This document shows, one piece after another, positions 59,186-64,000 of a stretch of 64,000 nt of DNA. Position 1 is the stretch's first letter. The number at the start of each line of letters is the position of its first letter. Source of the stretch: Eubacteriales bacterium. GTDB lineage: Bacteria; Bacillota; Clostridia; Oscillospirales; CAG-272. The notes beneath the pieces are model-generated. The model saw only the letters and a list, made by a program, of their open reading frames with translations. It was not told where the DNA came from and did not search any database. Made by a program: the position numbers and the translations under genes. The stretch is taken from positions 28,998-92,997 of the forward strand of contig JAZOVF010000003.1 of NCBI GenBank assembly GCA_045658565.1, in the 5' to 3' direction.

Positions 59186-60336
59186 GCCTGATCATTCATT
59201 CTTACAGGCAGTATCATATAGAAGTAATTAAATTCCTCGTCAATTTCGGTAGGCTCGATAGTAATTGCCATATTGGAGCTTTTAAGAGTAATTTTTATAT
59301 TTTCTCCCTCGGCTACCTTAATACTGTTTATAAGATAACGGCAGTTAAAGCCTATTTCTATATTATTTCCCTCATGAACACAGTCCATTTCATCAAAAAC
59401 CTTACCGTTAACAGAAGAAGAGGTTATAATAAGGTTCTGTTCCTCTAATGAAAGCTTAACATAGCTTCTTCCGCTACCCTTAATCTTTTCTTCTGCTATT
59501 ATATTAGCTCTTTCAAGAGAGTCAAGAAGTCTTTCTTTATCAACGGTAACAAAAATATCATTTTCTTTAGGAATAATTCTCTCGTAATTTATATATTCCG
59601 AGTCAATAGTTCTTGTAAAGAATATAAGGTCTCCTTTTTTAACTATTGCATGCTTTCTTGAAATAAAGAAGTTTACCTTTTCATCATTTCCGTCAGCAAG
59701 ATTTTTAGAAAGCTCTCCAAGAGCATGACCGGGAATAATAAATGAATAATCTATTTCAGATGTTCCGATAGAAGAAATATCACAGTTCATAGAGCATCTT
59801 GAGAGGGTATAGCTGTCACATGATACAACCTCTATAAAATCTTCTCTTATTCTGAAAAATGCGCCGCAAAGCATAGGTCTGTTGTCAAGCTCCGCAATAG
59901 AGTGAGAAACCTTTCCAATCATCATACGAAGTTTTTCGGAAGAAATCTCAAATCCCTTATCGCTTACAAGGTCGGGAAGATTAGGGAAGTCCTCTCCCTT
60001 CATAGCATACATAGAGAATGAAGCCTTTCCACATGAAATAGTACAGTTCAGCTTTTCGTTAACCTCTATTGTTATTTCATCCTCAGGAAGAACTCTTATT
60101 GTCTGATAAAGTCTTTGAGCATTTATAATGTATTTTCCATCTCTCTCAATAGAAACAGCCTCTATTATTGCTCTTACACCCTTGTTCATATCGTATGTAG
60201 AAATTCTTATAGAATTATTATCACAGGTTTCTATAAGAACACCCTCGATAGATGTAATTGTATTTTTATTTGAAACAGTTCCCATAGCGGGAGTAAGTTT
60301 ATTCATAAGATTGGATTTTAAAACTGTGAATTTCAT
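59182..60336 (-). CDS. dnaN: DNA polymerase III beta sliding clamp
   Basis: 384 aa with a three-domain clamp pattern. It lies immediately downstream of dnaA and overlaps the recF start by 4 nt. Confidence 0.93.
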   Translation of the reverse strand: MKFTVLKSNLMNKLTPAMGTVSNKNTITSIEGVLIETCDNNSIRISTYDMNKGVRAIIEAVSIERDGKYIINAQRLYQTIRVLPEDEITIEVNEKLNCTISCGKASFSMYAMKGEDFPNLPDLVSDKGFEISSEKLRMMIGKVSHSIAELDNRPMLCGAFFRIREDFIEVVSCDSYTLSRCSMNCDISSIGTSEIDYSFIIPGHALGELSKNLADGNDEKVNFFISRKHAIVKKGDLIFFTRTIDSEYINYERIIPKENDIFVTVDKERLLDSLERANIIAEEKIKGSGRSYVKLSLEEQNLIITSSSVNGKVFDEMDCVHEGNNIEIGFNCRYLINSIKVAEGENIKITLKSSNMAITIEPTEIDEEFNYFYMILPVRMNDQA

Positions 60337-60596
60337 TTTTCAATTCCTTTCCTCTAACAGAGAGTTTTTTCTATGAATGATGTATTTTTTATTTTAGGTA
60401 GGTTTAGAAGTAGTAATGTTTGTTTAAAATGTGGAAAACTTTATAAACCCATGAATTTATTAAGTTTTCTTTAAATTTATTTCCACATTTTTAGTTATTG
60501 TAAATTGTTTAAAACTTTTTTCAAGTTATAAACATAGTTTTAAACAGGATTTAAACATAGAAGTTATAAACAATTAAACAACAAAATGTTTATAAA
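60337..60596. other. Candidate oriC (dnaA-dnaN intergenic): AT-rich spacer with DnaA-box-like motifs
   Basis: A 260-bp ORF-free spacer of very low GC. TGTGGAAAA (60430-60438) and ATTTCCACA (60479-60487) are each 1 mismatch from the DnaA-box consensus TGTGGATAA / TTWTNCACA, and they are inverted relative to each other. TTATAAACA-type motifs occur at 60441, 60526 and 60564, and in inverse orientation at 60587. Confidence 0.55.
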
Positions 60597-61994
60597 TTAA
60601 ACTATTTTTATTTCCTTAATTAGATTATTTATATCTTCCTCATAATTTTTTTTAGTTTTTATGTTAAGCTCTACTTTATTTATAGAAGAAATAATAGTAG
60701 AATGGTCTCGTGAGAATATTTTACCGATAGAAGGAAGAGAAAGATCGGTTATTTTTCTTGCTATGTATATAGCCACGTGTCTTGCGTTAGCTATATTTTC
60801 GGTTTTTTTCTTTGATTTTATATCCTCTTCGGAAACACCGTACTTTTTACAAACTGCAGAAAGTATTCTCTCGATAAGGGCGCTTGTAGGAATATTACCC
60901 GGGTCTACAATAGATATAATTTGTTCTATCGTTTCTTTTGTAACAAATGCTCCTGTAAGAGATGTAACCGCATAAAGTTTTTTTATTACACCTTCAATTT
61001 GTCTTATATTGTTATTTAATCTTTCAGCCATGTAATCAACAAGCTCTGAAGAAAGATCAATACCTAATGACTCGGATTTTTTCTTTATAATAGCTGTTCT
61101 TAATTCAAAAGAAGGAGGCTGCACATCAGCAATAAGGCCACCCTCAAATCTTGTTCTCAGTCTTTCTGTAAGAGGATTTATTTCTCTCGGAGGACGGTCT
61201 GATGCAAGGATAATCTGCTTTCCTGATTCGTAAAGAGAAGAGAATGTGTGGAAGAATTCCTCTTGGGTTGCTTCCTTTCCTGCAATAAACTGTATGTCGT
61301 CTATAAGAAGAACATCAGCGGTTCTGTATTTTTCTTTAAAGGGAGTTGTTGTGCGGTTTCCTATTGACTCAATAAGCTCGTTCATAAAGGACTCGCAGGT
61401 TTTATAAATAATTTTAAGATCAGGGCGGTTTTTCTTTATATGATGCATTATTGCATAAAGAAGATGTGTTTTACCAAGTCCTGAATGTCCGTGAATAAAC
61501 AGAGGGTTTTGGTCCTCGCAGGGATATTTTGCTACTGCAAGGCAGGCAGCTTTTGCAAACTTATTAGACTCTCCCTCAACAAAGTTATCAAAGGTGTATT
61601 CGTCAAGAATTGTTTTTTTCTCCGAATTGTCTTTTAGTATTTGTTGAATCTGTTTTTCCTTTTTTATACTCTCTTCTTTATTTACATCATCTTGATTATT
61701 AGAGATGAAGTTTTCGGGACTTTTATTAAATTCATCATCACTGTCAAGAGAAATAATTTCTATATCTACAGGGAATCCTATAATTTCTTCCAGTCCCTCT
61801 TTTATAACATTTATATATCTTGTGGAAAGTATTTTTTTTCTTAATTTAGTTGGGGTAGAAAATACTGCTTTATCCTCTGTTAAAGAAGTAAGATTAAGGT
61901 CTCCAAACCAAAGATCAAATGATGTTTTTGCTGCTTTGGTTCTTATTTTTAATTCTTCTTTAAGTGCTTCGGATATATTTAAAAGCTCGTCCAT
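60597..61994 (-). CDS. dnaA: Chromosomal replication initiator protein DnaA
   Basis: 465 aa from ATG 61994 (GAGGAAAGGA upstream). It has the AAA+ Walker A GHSGLGKTHLL, Walker B LLIDDIQF, and the C-terminal DNA-binding helix IGKIFSRDHSTIISS. Confidence 0.97.
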   Translation of the reverse strand: MDELLNISEALKEELKIRTKAAKTSFDLWFGDLNLTSLTEDKAVFSTPTKLRKKILSTRYINVIKEGLEEIIGFPVDIEIISLDSDDEFNKSPENFISNNQDDVNKEESIKKEKQIQQILKDNSEKKTILDEYTFDNFVEGESNKFAKAACLAVAKYPCEDQNPLFIHGHSGLGKTHLLYAIMHHIKKNRPDLKIIYKTCESFMNELIESIGNRTTTPFKEKYRTADVLLIDDIQFIAGKEATQEEFFHTFSSLYESGKQIILASDRPPREINPLTERLRTRFEGGLIADVQPPSFELRTAIIKKKSESLGIDLSSELVDYMAERLNNNIRQIEGVIKKLYAVTSLTGAFVTKETIEQIISIVDPGNIPTSALIERILSAVCKKYGVSEEDIKSKKKTENIANARHVAIYIARKITDLSLPSIGKIFSRDHSTIISSINKVELNIKTKKNYEEDINNLIKEIKIV

Positions 61995-62135
61995 TAAAAA
62001 AATCCTTTCCTCTAAATATTTATTTATATATAACATTTATAATATTATAGCATATATAATAAAAAAATTCAATAAGAAAAGTAAAAAATAATATTTTTTG
62101 TAAAATTTAGTTGTCGACAAATAATAAATAAATAT

Positions 62136-62510
62136 TTACATTCTTCTCTGTTTTGTTTTGAATATTGAAGAGAATAAAAGACCAAGAAACAGAGATAATG
62201 AAATTCCGGCAGAAGCAGCAGTAAGACCACCTGAAAGTATTCCTAAAAATCCATCCTTTTCAACAGCTTCCTTTACGCCTTTTCCTATATTTGCACCAAA
62301 TCCTATAAGGGGAACAGAAGCTCCTCTTCCAAAAATTTCAAAGATAAAATCATATATACCGATGCCGTAAAGAAGAACTCCGAGACATACATAGAGAACC
62401 AAAATTTTTGCGGGAGTAAGACGGGTAAGGTCAATAAGAAGTTGAGCAGGAATACATATAAGACCACCGCCTATAAAGGCGAGTAATACTGAGGAAACTA
62501 TATCATCCAT
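62136..62510 (-). CDS. spoVAE: Stage V sporulation protein AE (SpoVAEb-type)
   Basis: A 124-aa polytopic membrane protein with ...VPLIGFGANIGKGVKEAV... It is the third gene of a spoVAC-AD-AE cluster. Confidence 0.85.
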   Translation of the reverse strand: MDDIVSSVLLAFIGGGLICIPAQLLIDLTRLTPAKILVLYVCLGVLLYGIGIYDFIFEIFGRGASVPLIGFGANIGKGVKEAVEKDGFLGILSGGLTAASAGISLSLFLGLLFSSIFKTKQRRM

Positions 62511-62527
62511 ATTTTTTATCCTTAATT

Positions 62528-63526
62528 TTAATTTGTATTTTCTAAATAAAGAAGAGGAGCGATACCATAAATACTTTCCCCTTGAAGGAGGCTTGATGGG
62601 CTCATAAGAGCTCCTGTTGATAAAAATAAAACTCTTTTTAATTCTCCTTTTTCAAGAAGAGGCAAAAAGTGAGTGGAGAGAACAGATGCGCTTGTTCCGC
62701 ATCCCGAGGCACCGCTGTGAACATCCTTTTTTTCAAAATCGTAAAGGAGCATACCACAGTCTGTGTGAAATTTTTCTATACCCGGCTTTTCTTTCTTTAA
62801 AATGTCACAAAGAAGCATTGAACCTATCTTTCCAAGGTCGCCCGTAATAATATAATCAAAGTAAGATATTGGATAAGAGGTTTCGGCAAAGTAAGAAAGT
62901 ATACTGTCTGCGGCGGCAAAAGACATAGCAGCTCCCATGTTGCTTCCATCGCTTGTTGCACCGTCTATAATTTTTCCGGGCATATATTCCTTTACTGCAA
63001 CCTTTCCTTCTCTTCCAAGTATAAAAGAGCCTGCGGCAGTAGCTGTCCATTGGGCGCTGGGTGTTCTTTGTCCCCCGTATTCTATGGGAGTTCTGAACTG
63101 ACGCTCGGCGGCAGAATTATGAGAGGTGGTAATGGCAGCACCAAAGCGTATGTCTTTATTTGAATTCATAAAGGATGAAAGAACCATAAGGGATTCTGTA
63201 CAGGTGGAGCAGGCGCCGTAAACGCCTATATAAGGAATACCAAAGCCCGAGAGGCCAAGACTTGAAGAAACACATTGGTTCTGCAGGTCTCCCGCAACCA
63301 GAATATCAATTTCTTCGTGAGAAAGATTGGCTTTAGAAAGGGCTATATTAAGAGAAATTCTTCCCATTTCAGCCTCCGCAAGCTCCCATGTTTTTTGACC
63401 GAATTTATCACTTTCATCACAAAAATCAAACTTTTCTCCTAAAGGTCCGTTCCTTTCTTCATATCCTCCCACAGCCGAATAAGAAAAAAATCGTATACTT
63501 CCGTCAAGCTCGGTTATTTTTCTCAT
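62528..63526 (-). CDS. spoVAD: Stage V sporulation protein AD (thiolase-fold)
   Basis: It has a beta-ketoacyl-synthase-like fold pattern (GVYGACSTCTESL). I prefer the start at ATG 63526 (AAAGGA upstream). The track ORF starts at 63541. Confidence 0.88.
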   Translation of the reverse strand: MRKITELDGSIRFFSYSAVGGYEERNGPLGEKFDFCDESDKFGQKTWELAEAEMGRISLNIALSKANLSHEEIDILVAGDLQNQCVSSSLGLSGFGIPYIGVYGACSTCTESLMVLSSFMNSNKDIRFGAAITTSHNSAAERQFRTPIEYGGQRTPSAQWTATAAGSFILGREGKVAVKEYMPGKIIDGATSDGSNMGAAMSFAAADSILSYFAETSYPISYFDYIITGDLGKIGSMLLCDILKKEKPGIEKFHTDCGMLLYDFEKKDVHSGASGCGTSASVLSTHFLPLLEKGELKRVLFLSTGALMSPSSLLQGESIYGIAPLLYLENTN

Positions 63527-63548
63527 AAAAATTCCTTTCATTATTTAA

Positions 63549-63992
63549 TTAAAATAGAAATGGGTAAATATAGTAAATAACTCCATAAGCAATTCCTGAA
63601 CAAAGGCCGAAAAGAATTACAGGACCTGCAATATTAAAGATTTTTGCTCCTACACCAAGAATAAGACCCTCGCTTGAGGAATCCATAGCTTCAGAGACAA
63701 CAGCGTTAGAAAAACCCGTAACAGGAACTAAAGTTCCGGCGCCGGCATATCGTGCAATTTTATCAAATATTCCAAAGCCCGTAAGAACAGCGGCAATAAA
63801 TATAAGGATAAGAGTTACAGAAAGGGAAGAAATATCTTCGTCAAATAAAAGCAGAGAGTTAAACAAATAAAATAAGATTTCACCAAAAGCACAAATGCTT
63901 CCTCCTACAAAAAACGCAAAGAAAACATCTTTTATTACCGGAGAATTTGGAGAATATTTTTTAATAAGCTCTTTTTTTGAGGAAATGTTCAT
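63549..63992 (-). CDS. spoVAC: Stage V sporulation protein AC
   Basis: A 147-aa membrane protein with ...GAGTLVPVTGFSNAVVS...GPVILFG... Confidence 0.88.
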   Translation of the reverse strand: MNISSKKELIKKYSPNSPVIKDVFFAFFVGGSICAFGEILFYLFNSLLLFDEDISSLSVTLILIFIAAVLTGFGIFDKIARYAGAGTLVPVTGFSNAVVSEAMDSSSEGLILGVGAKIFNIAGPVILFGLCSGIAYGVIYYIYPFLF

Positions 63993-64000
63993 AACTACCT

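Noticed and set aside
61995-62135. The dnaA upstream spacer as the first DnaA-box cluster of a bipartite oriC
   Set aside because: It is only 141 bp, almost pure A/T, and I could find no TTATCCACA-like 9-mers. It probably holds just the dnaA promoter and the spoVAE terminator region.

Overview
This is a chromosomal window from an endospore-forming Firmicute with Clostridia-type gene content: a complete spoIIIAA-AH operon, spoVAC-AD-AE, a clostridial-type AbrB, and a split MetH. It includes the replication-origin neighbourhood. I call 56 protein-coding genes. I found no rRNA, tRNA, CRISPR array, transposase, integrase or phage genes. Gene order from left to right: HtrA-like protease (5' partial), U32 peptidase, comM, PlsC-family acyltransferase, tcdA, THUMP RNA methyltransferase, spoIIIAH-AA (minus strand), abrB, kdgK, DUF4186, metH / activation-domain protein / metF, a small HEPN-like membrane protein, addA, dusB, a divergent GH2 (beta-mannosidase-like) protein, map, P-type ATPase, PAP2 phosphatase, an orphan GerA/SpoVAF-family gene, a FliB-family Cys-rich protein, mnmG, ymdB, rny, the hrcA-grpE-dnaK-dnaJ operon with CIRCE operators, a GH88 lipoprotein, two tandem histidine phosphatases, a 780-bp AT-rich spacer ending in an array of four parS sites, parA-parB, a membrane protein, an Sfp-type PPTase, rnj, three small uncharacterised genes, gyrA, gyrB, remB, recF, dnaN, dnaA, and spoVAE-AD-AC. 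This is mostly core housekeeping DNA, and I do not see a convincing self-contained novel multi-gene system. The observations most worth a second look are these. (1) Four near-perfect parS palindromes are phased at 51-52 bp. (2) The remB-recF-dnaN-dnaA block has much lower GC than the rest of the window. (3) Origin synteny is non-canonical: spoVA lies directly upstream of dnaA, parAB lies beyond gyrA, and there is no rpmH/rnpA/mnmE/rsmG. (4) A 140-aa membrane-anchored protein carries a HEPN-like RNRIAH motif. (5) A 330-bp non-coding region upstream of the U32 gene has four ATATCGA repeats and extensive dyad symmetry. (6) A FliB-family gene sits in the rsmG position and is translationally coupled to mnmG. 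All coordinates and motifs were read by eye. Family assignments come from recognised motifs, not from database searches.
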